The position numbers and the translations under genes are program-made. A stretch of 64,000 nucleotides of DNA from Lingula anatina (lineage: Eukaryota > Animalia > Brachiopoda), in the NCBI GenBank assembly GCA_051362555.1, contig CM120644.1:19800534-19864533 (forward strand), written 5' to 3'. Each line of letters opens with the position of its first letter. Positions within the stretch are counted from its first letter, which is position 1. This document shows positions 25,829 through 36,534 of this stretch, piece after piece. The notes beneath the pieces are model-generated. The model saw only the letters and a list, made by a program, of their open reading frames with translations, ran no database searches and had not been told where the DNA came from.

Positions 25829-26396
25829 CACTTAAGAAGAAAAAAGTCCTTAACATAGAGGTCCCGCTGAATCGGCCTCAGATCTTTGAGGTAACGCTGC
25901 TTTCTGCACAGACAAATTTGACTGACAGTGACAGCCACCGTATGAACATAAAACAATGCTCAAAGCAGATTATCAACTCTCACTCACCTTTATATCGCTC
26001 GACTTGGCGTTTTTCTAAGTATAACTTCCAAATATTCGCATTAAACATGAATAAATCAAGACGTTTACGCACTGGTTCAGCTTCTCCATCTTGAGTCACG
26101 CGGTGGCGAGCGGAGGATTAGACCAGTTACGAGGATCGAATTTCAAAGGACGCCGCTTTGAAAAGAATGCTGCGATCTGATTGGACGAGAGAGATAATTG
26201 ATGTTCCGTTTCTACTCCTTCTCATTATAACTTCTTGGCACAGCGAACCAGATCCTTTCGGCACAGCGAACCTTCGGCATAGCGAACCTTTGATTTTGGG
26301 GCTCCGGAAAACTTAGCCGATTTTAGACCAATTTTCCGGTTTTGTCGGCACAGCGAACCCTCGGCACAGCGAACCCTCGGCACAGCGCGCTGTCCC

Positions 26397-27100
26397 CGCC
26401 TGCAGCTGCTCTGTCCACAGGAGTTCTTGTACGGAACCTTCTGGAAACTCTGATGTGTTTGACTGAAGGATGTCAACCAACTTATCATGCAAATCTGGTG
26501 AGACACTGACTCCTTCTTCCACACTCCGATTTTCAATTTTCCTCAGCTTTTCTTCTCTCTTTTTGTTCTGCTTCCGTCCAGCCTTTTCCACTTCCTTCAC
26601 CATTTTTAAGTGTTCACTGTACAGTTAGGCTATTGATGGGGGCATGGCTGCTTGGACTGGTGTTGGACTTGTTTTCTTTGTTGGTTTCTCTATGGAAGAT
26701 GCTCAGTAGCGTAGGCCTGCATTTGGCACAAGGTGCACATTTTTCATGATTACTGGTAATTAACACTGGACATTCAGATTGTCTTACTGTTGAAAAAAGG
26801 TTTGGCCCCTAATCTTGATGGAAAAATTGCTTTCCTTGGCAATGACTATTTACACAGGAATATATAGAAAACTGCAAGTCCATCTTTATTGTGGTTCCTG
26901 CATAACTGAATAATGCTGTCCCCACTGCTCCCTACACAGATTGTACCACATTTCTGATGCAGTAAAATCAATTCAGAGTTCGAAGTTATCTTCTCTGGTA
27001 CATCACTGAAGATAGGATTCCTGGTGTTTGAGGTTTTGCTTGAGCACAGCCCACAAATTCTCAATTTGATCAAGGTCCGTACCCTCTAGAGGCATTTTAA
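26397..27100 (-). pseudogene. P-element-like transposase, upstream part
   Basis: ...PEGSVQELLWTEQLQA joins in frame to TQKKSAKQMRWH across the 21761-26396 insertion. Cys-rich remnants lie upstream (26846-27073). Confidence 0.65.
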
Positions 27101-27908
27101 ACTAGTTGATATTATTGGCTTTATTGAATTGCTTTGCCAATAAAGTGTTTTACTCTATTTCTAACAGCAGTAAAATACACTGCTGGTACTTACTGAGAGT
27201 ATTGCCTGTTCCTCCTGTTTAGTAGGGACAGCACTGCTTTGTAGTACAATTTATGGAATCTTCTCTAGAGGGAGCGTGATGTGCTGTCTTGAGCACTGAT
27301 CTGGGGGGGATCTTGGACCTCACATGGTTGGCTGTTACTTTATAAGTGCAGTCCCCATAAGCGCAACCGGAATTCAAGGATCCTCTCAGCAGTGACAGAT
27401 AACACTACACCAATTTGCTGGTGTGCTTTTAGTCATATGTTTATCTGTCATTTTGTCAGTAAAGAATGGAACCAGATATCCCCGTAAAATCTCCACAAAA
27501 AATTCATTGATTTTCACTTTTCCAATGTAAATATGTGACAATGCATTTAACTCACCTATGCCTATCCTTGAAATTATAAATTTTAAGTCACAATCTTGAA
27601 ATTAAAAAATAACAAAATGTGAAGTAGGTCTTTCTCCTATGAAGTCACTGGGTGGAGTGAAATGAAATGTCCAAACTGATGGGAGTACTGTATCCCTAAA
27701 CTTATAAGTTATCATTTATGCAAATGAATGTTGCATCAGATGTGCCAAAACGCTGGCCTCTCAAGCACAATATAAAGGTTAACTAAATTCTACAATGTTT
27801 TAATATCAAGTATCACCAATTAGTAATCTCAACTATTTTTTGCCTTGACAAAATATGAAATTATGACAAATCTGCTGTCACTTTGCTAGAATCAGTTTAT
27901 CACAAATA

Positions 27909-28510
27909 CAGGGTGTATAAAAAAAAAAGTGAACACTTAATAAATGTCTCGAATTAAAAAAATTTATTTCATATAACAAATGTTAATGTTAATATAGATT
28001 TGTAGGGAAATTATGCTTTAATGCACACCATAGATTGTTGTGTCTTTCCATGCATAACTGAGCAGTGTCAAATTACATCATGAGGATCAAATTTTTATTT
28101 CGAGAACTTTTTTTCTCAAAAGGTTGATCAGTTGCCATAAAATGGTTCTATCAATGGTTTTCAAAATAAAAGCCTGCCAATTAACCTTTTGTTTCCTGTT
28201 ATCTGCCACTTATGTTATTTTGTCATGAACATCCAATGTTACAAGAACTTCTCCACTACTTTTAACTGAAGCCGCATCAATATGCACAGTTTGTAAGTAT
28301 ACATGTGTGATAACTTCAAAGTTTTAACCATTAGTCTTCAACATGCTGTCCATTTCTGTCCAAGCAGATTTCGGGCTCTTCTCCTCATGCCATAAGCTGC
28401 ACGTCATACTGTGGCTCTATCCCGTTGAAGAACATCCACCTCATCCCTGATACGCCTGTCAAGGTCATTCAAGTCTCGTGGTGGGGTTAAATAAACCTTG
28501 GGCTTGATAC
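27909..28510 (-). mobile_element. Tc1/mariner (maT/rosa-like) element 3' end
   Basis: TA|CAGGGTGT terminus at 27907-27916; minus-strand KPKVYLTPPRDLNDLDRRIRDE resembles a transposase C-terminus. Confidence 0.6.
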
Positions 28511-28608
28511 ATACATTTGCAAATGTCAAATATCAAACAAGGTAATTTTTGATGATAGCTGCTGTCAGTAGCCAACTGCTACCCGGGTATTTGTTGCTCT
28601 GCTTGCAG

Positions 28609-28887
28609 TTACTTGAGTTTTCTTTTACAATCATCACAAGTATAGGAGTTATTGGTGACTAGCGTAGCAGCAGACTTGGCATCTATTCTTATACACATGT
28701 AATGATAGAAGTTATAACAGTTGGTACATCTTATCACTGGTGCCCCAGGACGGTGGGTCAAACACTTACAGTACACACTTATGGTATGAACCATTTCTTG
28801 TGCACTATGTCTCTGAGTTGAGGGTCTTTCACAGGGAAATAAAGTCAGTTTCTGACTCTCAAAGCTCTGCAAAAGGTGAGACCTCAT
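28609..28887 (-). pseudogene. PHD finger preceded by a Ulp1-tail-like motif (TE accessory ORF fragment)
   Basis: MRSHLLQSFE....FP followed by VYCKC...IRCTNCYNFYHYMC...YTCDDC. Confidence 0.65.
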
Positions 28888-28899
28888 CTCATAACCATT

Positions 28900-29055
28900 C
28901 TAAGAATATTTAAGTCTTGAGCACCCATAAGAAAATTAAACAGTTCATTAAAGCTGAAGTCGCCTAGGGATAGGAACTCTGACAGCTGCCCTCTGAAGGG
29001 ATCACGTATTGAATCAAATGCTTTGCACTCTAGCAGCAGGTGGAACTCATCTACT
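28900..29055 (-). mobile_element. LINE ORF2 C-terminal fragment
   Basis: VDEFHLLLECKAFDSIR matches the E.HFLL.C..Y..R CCHC tail of non-LTR elements. Confidence 0.6.
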
Positions 29056-29769
29056 TTATTCAAATGGCAAAGTTGACAAAATCCTAGGTATAATACGATT
29101 AAAAAAATGAAAAGATAAATTAAAAAGTAAATAAAAATTATATGCTATATTCCTAGTTATTATACGATTTAAAAAAAAAAACAATTGAACTGTGTTTTGA
29201 TCGGCACTAAAACATTCGACTATCAGCCTTAGCATCTCATCGCTAGGGGCCGCCATGTTGGATTTCTCACTTCCGTCCCGCTGCCGTCTATGATCTACTG
29301 CTGACCCTATGAAAAGTGTATGGTACTGTCCAAAGAATCTTTTCCTCTCTATCCAAGGTCACACCCAGAATCGCCCAGCTCTTGGATGGCTCTGTCTCTC
29401 TCGCTCTCTGATTAAAGCCATCAAAACTAGGTTGTGTTGTGCTCGTGTGCAATTTTGTAAAAAAAAAATTGGTTTTGTTTCTGTTATGCACATTTTGTGT
29501 GCCATGTCTCTGATATAATTTGGTCTATATTTAGATCTAACAGGACCAGGTGCCTTTTTATTTTCTTCAGCTAAAGAATCATGCAAAGAATCATTATAAT
29601 GTTATGGCAAAAAAAATTAAAGAAACAAAAATTAGATTGAAAATGAAATGAAATAAAAGTTTTTTCCAACTAATCTTATTACAAATAATTGTCAAAATTT
29701 GAATGAAGAGAAAGGTAACCATTTCATGTATGCTGTTAAAATGAGTCAACATGGCCAACAGTTACAGTT

Positions 29770-30650
29770 TTTTTTAACTCCTAAGATTCCTGTTGGCTGT
29801 GTTCAGGGCGGTCACCATTTTGCTCCAAAAGTTGTCTTACGTTTGTTCTAGGTAAAATTTACGGACAGCATTTCTTATGAACTCCCCTCTAACAATGTCC
29901 ATTGGGGCGCGTTTGTCTTGGCCTTTGGTTGATCCTTCAATATTCCTTGTCAGGTCCATTCTTTAAGCAGTAGTAAAAAGGCTGGCCATTACCTTCACGC
30001 AGAAGCTTACTGGTCCTTTAGATTATATTTTAATTTTTGTCAACTCTAAATCAGAGAGTAAAGGGATGAGACCTTGGGCGGCAGAGGTGAGGGCACTGTT
30101 TCCAGTGATGAGGGAATTTTGGGAAGGTGTGGTTGGCAAAGGACTGGGGAAGGGCACATGAAAGGAGTTGGAGTAGGACAGGTGGTGGAAGAAGTTGGAG
30201 TGGGACAGGTGGTAGAAGAAGTTGGAGTGGGACAGGTGGTGGAAGAAGTTGGAGTGGGACAGGTGGTAGAAGAAGTTGGAGTGGGACAGGTGGTGGAAGA
30301 AGTTGGAGTGGGACAGGTGGTGGAAGAAGTTGGAGTGGGACAGGTGGTGGAAGAAGTTGGAATGGGTCCGGCGCTGGAAGAAGTTGGAGTGGGACGGGCG
30401 ATGGAAGAAGCTGGAGTGGCACGGGCGATGGAAGGAGTTGGAGTGGAACGGGCGCTGGGGCAGGCTTCGAGCTCTACTATTTTGTCCTTCATGAGTTCTT
30501 GTATGGCGTACATTTTCTTGTTTAATCCCTCTAGTTTGTCCATAATTTTAATGAATGCCCCTCTACAATTGCACTGCAACACAGGCACAGGTTGCTCTTG
30601 ACCATTGTGTGGCCCTGCTTCACCTAGGGCCAGCAAGGGTCCAGGCTGAA
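29770..30650 (-). pseudogene. BEN-domain-like protein with a Pro/Thr/Ser repeat linker (TE accessory)
   Basis: Coiled-coil CRGAFIKIMDKLEGL, then PTPTSSTTC repeats, then degraded NIEGSTKGQDKRAPMD...IRNAVRKFY...W..MVTALN..R. Confidence 0.5.
30163..30455. repeat. 27-bp coding minisatellite (PTPTSSTTC on the minus strand)
   Basis: GAAGAAGTTGGAGTGGGACAGGTGGTR, about 10 copies, diverging toward the right. Confidence 0.95.
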
Positions 30651-31329
30651 TATTCAAATAAACAAGAAATATAACTATTGGTATCAACTGCAGTCTGTCG
30701 CTTTCAAATGTAATTAACATGGTGCCAAATTACCAGTTTTTGGTATTTCTTAAAGTCAATCTCTAAAAGAAATACATTATATCTCACATGTAGCAAACAT
30801 ACTACAGCTGCCAAGTTCACCATTTTCATGATACTGTTTAAATAACATTATAAAGACAAACACATAAATTACCTCAAATTTATATTTGAAAACCAAAATT
30901 TTATCTTCATATAGAAAATTATTGTAATTCTTTTAATTGTGAGAGGCAGGAAGTATGTTTTAACCATATAATTATTTTCTTTCAAAACTCACCTTTTTTT
31001 TTGTTTTTGGAGCAGGGACCTGACCACTCTCAGTCTCAGAAGTTGTCTCTGTCTCAGTTGCGGTCTCTGTAATACCTTTCGCACTATCTTCAGTGTCTCC
31101 ATTCGAAATTACTGAGTTGATTGTATCGGTGTAACAGCGCACCTTAGCTATGTGCGCTTGTATGGAATCTGGAATAGAGGAAGGGGGTATATTACAAAAA
31201 AACTATAAGTAATAAAGTGAACCCGAGTGGCTGAACTCACTTATTCTTGTGACAACTACAGTCTAATTAGCAGTGATGCACAAAGGCGGCTGCCACACCC
31301 TGATCAGGGGCATGAACAACTTCCCATAA

Positions 31330-32062
31330 ATTTTCCACCTTTAGGAATCCTATGAGATCTTCAAATAGCTCCTAGCCTGTCTCTACTATATACACCAAGT
31401 GGTTTGATCCAGTAGGATGAGCGTAGGAATGCTGGCTTATTGAAGAATAGCTGCACAGGACATGTTGTCTCTATGGCGGTCTTGTAGGATTGATAACAGA
31501 TGCCTGATGGCATACACAGAGTCACCACTACCCATTCCACGGCAATGCAGCACTAACACCTTGCTGTCAATTACTGAGGGCAGTAAATCATTGAGCAGAT
31601 CTTCCTGATCCTGCCAGACATGGGAGGACTCTGAAAAATCAAGACTGACCTCTCTGATGGTGGTGACATGGTGACATGAACCATCGTCCTGAAGGCTGTG
31701 AGATTTTGCTCCCATAAAGCAGGGGTTTGGACGGCCTTTTTTGGGTGAAAGCCTATAGCTACGTACATGTTCTCCGGCTTATTTAACAAGACACTCCGAG
31801 TCAGATACCTCTCCGGATCACAATATACCGCTACTGAGCCCACCAGATTAACCTCCTTGCCCTCTGGCATAGGAACTTTCTCCCGCAGACTCAAGGTCCC
31901 ATTGGACGGCAGATTATAAGCTTGGAGAGTCCTGTCCAAGTGGAAATGGCTATCGAAAGCCTGGACTCCGACTCCCATCACTACATCTGCCACTGATGTC
32001 CGTTGGATACCTGCAGGCACCTTGAAATTGTTGAGCCATAAATCCCGTTGGGCTAGATTCAT
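31330..32062 (-). pseudogene. TatD-like metal-dependent nuclease fragment (intronless, frameshifted)
   Basis: FDSHFHLD (HxH), VAVYCDP, IGFHPK, then after a frameshift IREVSLDF (IGEVGLD-like) and LVLHCRG. Confidence 0.8.
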
Positions 32063-32095
32063 GTATGAAGCTAACTTCAGCCAATAAAATATTTA

Positions 32096-32431
32096 CTATT
32101 TTCTTTTCTGAGACATCATGGCTGCCTCACGGACTTTGATACCCTTCTCCTCCTTTTCAGCCTCCTCTTTCTTTTTGTTCTGTCTCTGGCTGTCCTCTGC
32201 AGCCGCATTCTCTTCAAGAACATCAGTCAGTTCTTGAAGCAGATGCTCTCTTTCCCCAACTTCCTCAGCTGTTCCTGTTCTACAAAAAAATGAAGTAAAA
32301 TCAATGTGCTTCTAAAGCCTTACTCTATGCAATTGTTAGCGATAAAAGAATTTTACTGGCAAATGAGGTATACATAAAAGTCTTGGATACATGAACCTAT
32401 TAATTAATTTTTGCTGACATTAATTACAAAG

Positions 32432-32471
<40 letters not shown>

Positions 32472-32696
32472 TCACGCCTTTAAGGACTCTACAGTTTTCT
32501 GGCTGAAAGCAAGTTTTAGGGCCCTAATTCGTGCTTGGCAACTTTTTATGCTAAAGCTGCCTTCTGTATCAGAAAAACTGTTGAGGTTGGTGACCACCTC
32601 CTCCCATTTGCCCCTCTTTCCTGCAAATGGGTTGAGGGTGATGACCTCCCTCAATAGCATCAAATCGTCCTTCACAGTGAACCTATTTTGAGACAT
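32096..32696 (-). pseudogene. Myb/SANT-like DNA-binding protein (Harbinger partner-type), two exons
   Basis: RFTVKDDLMLLREV...W..V...L...SCQAR; intron 32475-32280 (contains a TA microsatellite); exon TGTAEEVGEREHLLQEL...VREAAM. Confidence 0.75.
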
Positions 32697-33299
32697 GTTG
32701 GTTAACTATAAAAAAGGAAACAAAATTATTATTTCATTTCATGCACGTACATATAACTAAAAACCATTGCTTATCTCAAGAAAATAGCAAGCAAGTTACA
32801 GAGGAGCATATGCTAGGTTATGCCTCGCCTTTCTACCACAAATATAATAACAATTTACGGTCCTGTAGCCATCTATTTCCAAGGGGCAGTTTCTTTTTTT
32901 AATGACATTTTACCGGCAAAAATGGCGGTTAGTAAGAACCCCCTGATCAACTCCCGACTACGTGCCTGATAAACCAAAACTAGTGACTCCTCTCTCTTTA
33001 AAAGTCGGAATTTGCATGAAGGTACACTTGAAGTATTGTAAAAAAAGTATATATAGCATATAAATTAGCAAACATTACCTTAAATAACTATTTATAATAA
33101 TCTTCTGCACTGGCTAGATAGGAGCGCTTGTATTACGCAGACTAGATAGGAAGATGGTATATATATAATGAACTCGTTGAACGTCACAAGTGTGCACAAA
33201 CTGATGACATATTAATCAAGCCGGCGTATCTAGCCTGAAGATGAAGGGAGTGGGAGCTATATAAAGGTCTCCTGTGAAGAGAGGATCAGTCAAAGTTTG

Positions 33300-34960
33300 A
33301 AAATTTTGGTCTCCATTTTTGGCTGCCATGGCCATTTTCTCTAAATTCAAATTCATCTTTTGATCTCTGGCAAAAGTGTTTTGGCAAAATCGTGCTCAAA
33401 CAATTGGAATGGTGGGATGCTGACATTTAATGTTTTTTCAAAAGTTGAATGACCTAGAATATAATGAAAATAGTCTTCATCAAAGAAGTATTGTAGAAGT
33501 GCCAAATTAATTGGACGGGCTCTTGTGATTGAGTCATTATAGTGACAGTTCTGGAGTCTGGGTGAGAGATATAGATAATCTGTGGTAACTGAACACTGAC
33601 ATGGTACGTACATTCATGATGCAGAACTGACAACCTTGTATTAGGAATGTTTTTCTATTTGGGCAATGAAATACCATTTTGCTAACATTTGAAACCAAAA
33701 TTTTACCTTGTTCCAACTCTCGAATTTCCTGTTTGCTTGCATTATGTACAAATTGGAAGTTACATAATGTTTTGACTTGCTTGTTAAGTCTCAAAAATAG
33801 TGACATAATGCATCATTTCTGTGAAATAGGGGTAAGGGTTTTAGAAATAGGGCAAACTTTTAGGGTGGACCCATAACAGTTTTCATACTCTTCCCATGAC
33901 ATCTCCGTAGAGTACTGCCTATCCATGGTCACGACTAATAAATTTAGGGTATTAAAAAAATGAGTTGCATGTGATGTTGAATCATTTAATGGGACTGGAA
34001 AATTGGAAACTTTATAAATCTGGAATTTGCTTTTTAATGGAGTGAGGGTACCTTGATTGTAACAAAATAGTGTTATTGATTCTGGATGTCGCGAGCTTGG
34101 CATGTGAAAAGTTAAAGCTGGGTTGAGTGATTGCAATGTTAAAGTCTGTGTTATCTGTTTTTAAATGTTTTTGGATCATTTCTGGCATTGTTTTGATCAT
34201 ATCTATCGAAACTATGTCTGGGGATAATTTATTTGTGTGTTCTGTTATGCCCTGGGTGAAAGTGTCTAAATTCCTGGGGATTTCAGTGGCTAAGTGTGTT
34301 TGATGCTGGGTTTTCGCTAGAATGTTTATGATCAATTTAGTCTGTTCTTGTATGGTATCAATGTTGTTGTGTAGCTGTGTTAGTTCCATGTGATTTTGTC
34401 TGATGGCCAAGATGGTGTTACTGACTCTTGTGTTAACTGCTGGAAAAAATGAACCTAACTTTTGTGTTTGCCTGTAAAATGCAGTTGTTGTAATTGTTTG
34501 TCTTTTCTGCAGTGCGTTTAAGTGGTCAATAACCTTGTTTACGTCATCTTCTGTGGCTGTCCCAAACAGTGAATGTGACAAATGTCCAACAAACGGTAGC
34601 AGCGATCTTTTCTCTCTGGAGTTACCGTGCTCTTCTGCCAGAGCTTTCAATTGACAGAGTTTATGGCCTTGAAGAGTCTGTCCTTGGCTTGTTTGTGCAT
34701 TTGGAATATCTGACGTTCTGCTGACTTCACAGCGAGATATTGCGGGTACTTCTGTGTTGCAAACAGATCAATTTCCAATTTCTTCCTTGAGGGGTTGTGG
34801 TAAGGGGACTTCAAATGTGTGGAGCCATTAATCTTTTGATGTCCGTGTGATTGCTACTTCCTTGAACTGGACTCCATAATTAACTTGGGTTAATGTGGAG
34901 ATAGCTGATGCTGGATGGAGTAGCATTATTATAAGAGTGCACATGATGATGATGAGGCTT
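33300..34960 (-). pseudogene. env/F-like class I fusion glycoprotein of an LTR retroelement (frameshifted)
   Basis: Hydrophobic signal IIIMCTLIIMLLHPASA, VNYGVQF..WLHTF, furin site REKR followed by fusion peptide SLLPFVGHLSHSLFGTATEDDV, heptad region, and Cys-rich C-terminal pieces (CYGSTLKVCP, GCQFC, VPCQCS). Confidence 0.75.
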
Positions 34961-36039
34961 CCTGGGAAAAGAATGATTTAGCCATTACCTTTTATTGCTT
35001 TTTGAGTTCTAATTGATTTGCTATAGCATTTAATCTAGGGTATCTCACCAGCAATGGAAACTCTCTAATGTACAAGTGCACCCACAGAGTTGGCTGGCTT
35101 TAGGGTTACTTGCAGGGGCAGAGTGATGCCAAGATCTTGACAGAAGGCTTGCATGGCTTGCCGTTGGGCTTCGCCAATCCCCCTGATTTTTTGTTGCCTG
35201 ATGTGGATATAAAATCAGATAGGCTTTTTAGGGGTTTATTGATACCAAATATGAGCGAGGTGTTTTTTTTTTCCGGATTGGGATTTCTCTCCCGTACTTA
35301 CAAATTCAGAAAAGGGGTTCTTTCCAGTTTGGGATACTTGCACAACTGAATGTGCTTTCTCACCCGTACTAGGAAAAGAAGGGAAGGAGAGGCTCATAAG
35401 GGATGGGATTGGCCTTTGATCTTGCTTTCTGCTTTGGGATATCTGCCCAATTGAATGGGTTTTCTCTCCCGTACTAACAAAGACAGAAGCAGAAGAGGGG
35501 GTGGTAAGTTTGCGGCAATGCGCACCAAAGCTGCCCGTCTACTACCCTCCATGGAAAATACAAGGGACTTTTCCAAAGCAGACTCGGGGTTTAGGGCTCC
35601 CTTTGGCAGCAAATCCATCTGAGGATCCAAGCAATTCCGAAGAATTGCAAGACTCCCAAGAATAGACCTCCCCCTCCAGGACGTCCACCTCCATGGCCTC
35701 TGTTGATGTTGAAGGAACTGGTGTGGAAGTCCCCCCTCCCCCAGACACCACAAAAGAGGTTTGGGTAATTGTGGGGTCAGTTTCCAACCTTATATCCCTG
35801 ACTGGTCCCGAGAAAACACTTGGCTCCCCAATATGTTTGGGTCTCACTGGCGTCTTGGATTTCCCAGTCTTAGAATTAGGTGGGAGTTATTTTTTCCACC
35901 CAGTTTTTATTGGAAATCCCCTTGGAGAGTACTTCAGACGCTAAGTTGTGCAGCCACGAGTAGTACTCACCCTACTTATTATCTTTGGCCATTTGGATTT
36001 TACATAAGTCCACAACGTCTTGTACTAAGTTCTTAGATA

Positions 36040-36530
36040 TACCGCGGGTACAATCTAGTCGCTAAGGGCTCTAATCCACCGTTGAAAGATTCTAGGTTCA
36101 GTATGCTATTCCCGACTTGGGTTATGCCCAGAGAGAAGAGTAACGCAACACCACTGTTTGGTTACAAAAATCAAAACTCATTTATTTCCAGGTCGCAGCC
36201 TGATTTTATACCTAAATTTGCATGACAGACTTTATTGAATATCTTTATTGAAACTTTATAATTAAAGGAGATGAGATATGAAAAGAGATTAACTTTAGAT
36301 ATGAGCTATAAACTTTAAAGGACATGAGATATGAACAGGGATTATAAGAGCTATAAACTTTGACACGTATTACGAGTCGTGCGCTCAAGCCCGCGATTCA
36401 GGTTGAATAAATTCCTAGTCTGAACAGTCTTATACTGACTGTTAGATCTTGTCAATATCCCCAGGCAGAGCTTCTACCAGATCACAGACAAATTTCCCGG
36501 GCTGGATGACTGGAAACACACGGTATTTTA
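36040..36530 (-). mobile_element. Probable LTR fragment
   Basis: Minus-strand AATAAA...TGTAACC U5-like segment with short internal repeats, cut by the TIR element at 36535. Confidence 0.3.
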
Positions 36531-36534
36531 TCTA

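Larger units (their letters stand above)
21761..26396. mobile_element. MuDR/foldback-like non-autonomous element with 16-bp subterminal repeats, carrying nested insertions
   Basis: GGG...CCC ends with a 9-bp TSD (tgcctgcag / cgcctgcag). Repeats GGTTCGCTRTGCCGAR at the left end are inverted at 26236-26388. The flanks rejoin into one P-transposase frame. Confidence 0.75.

Noticed and set aside
30051-30601. Several overlapping ORFs (LEWDRWWKK, GVGQVVEE, SWSGTGG)
   Set aside because: Alternative frames of the stop-free 27-bp minisatellite.
35000-36036. Pro/Ser/Lys-rich ORF fragments as gag
   Set aside because: No zinc knuckle or capsid motif recognised; low complexity and frameshifted.
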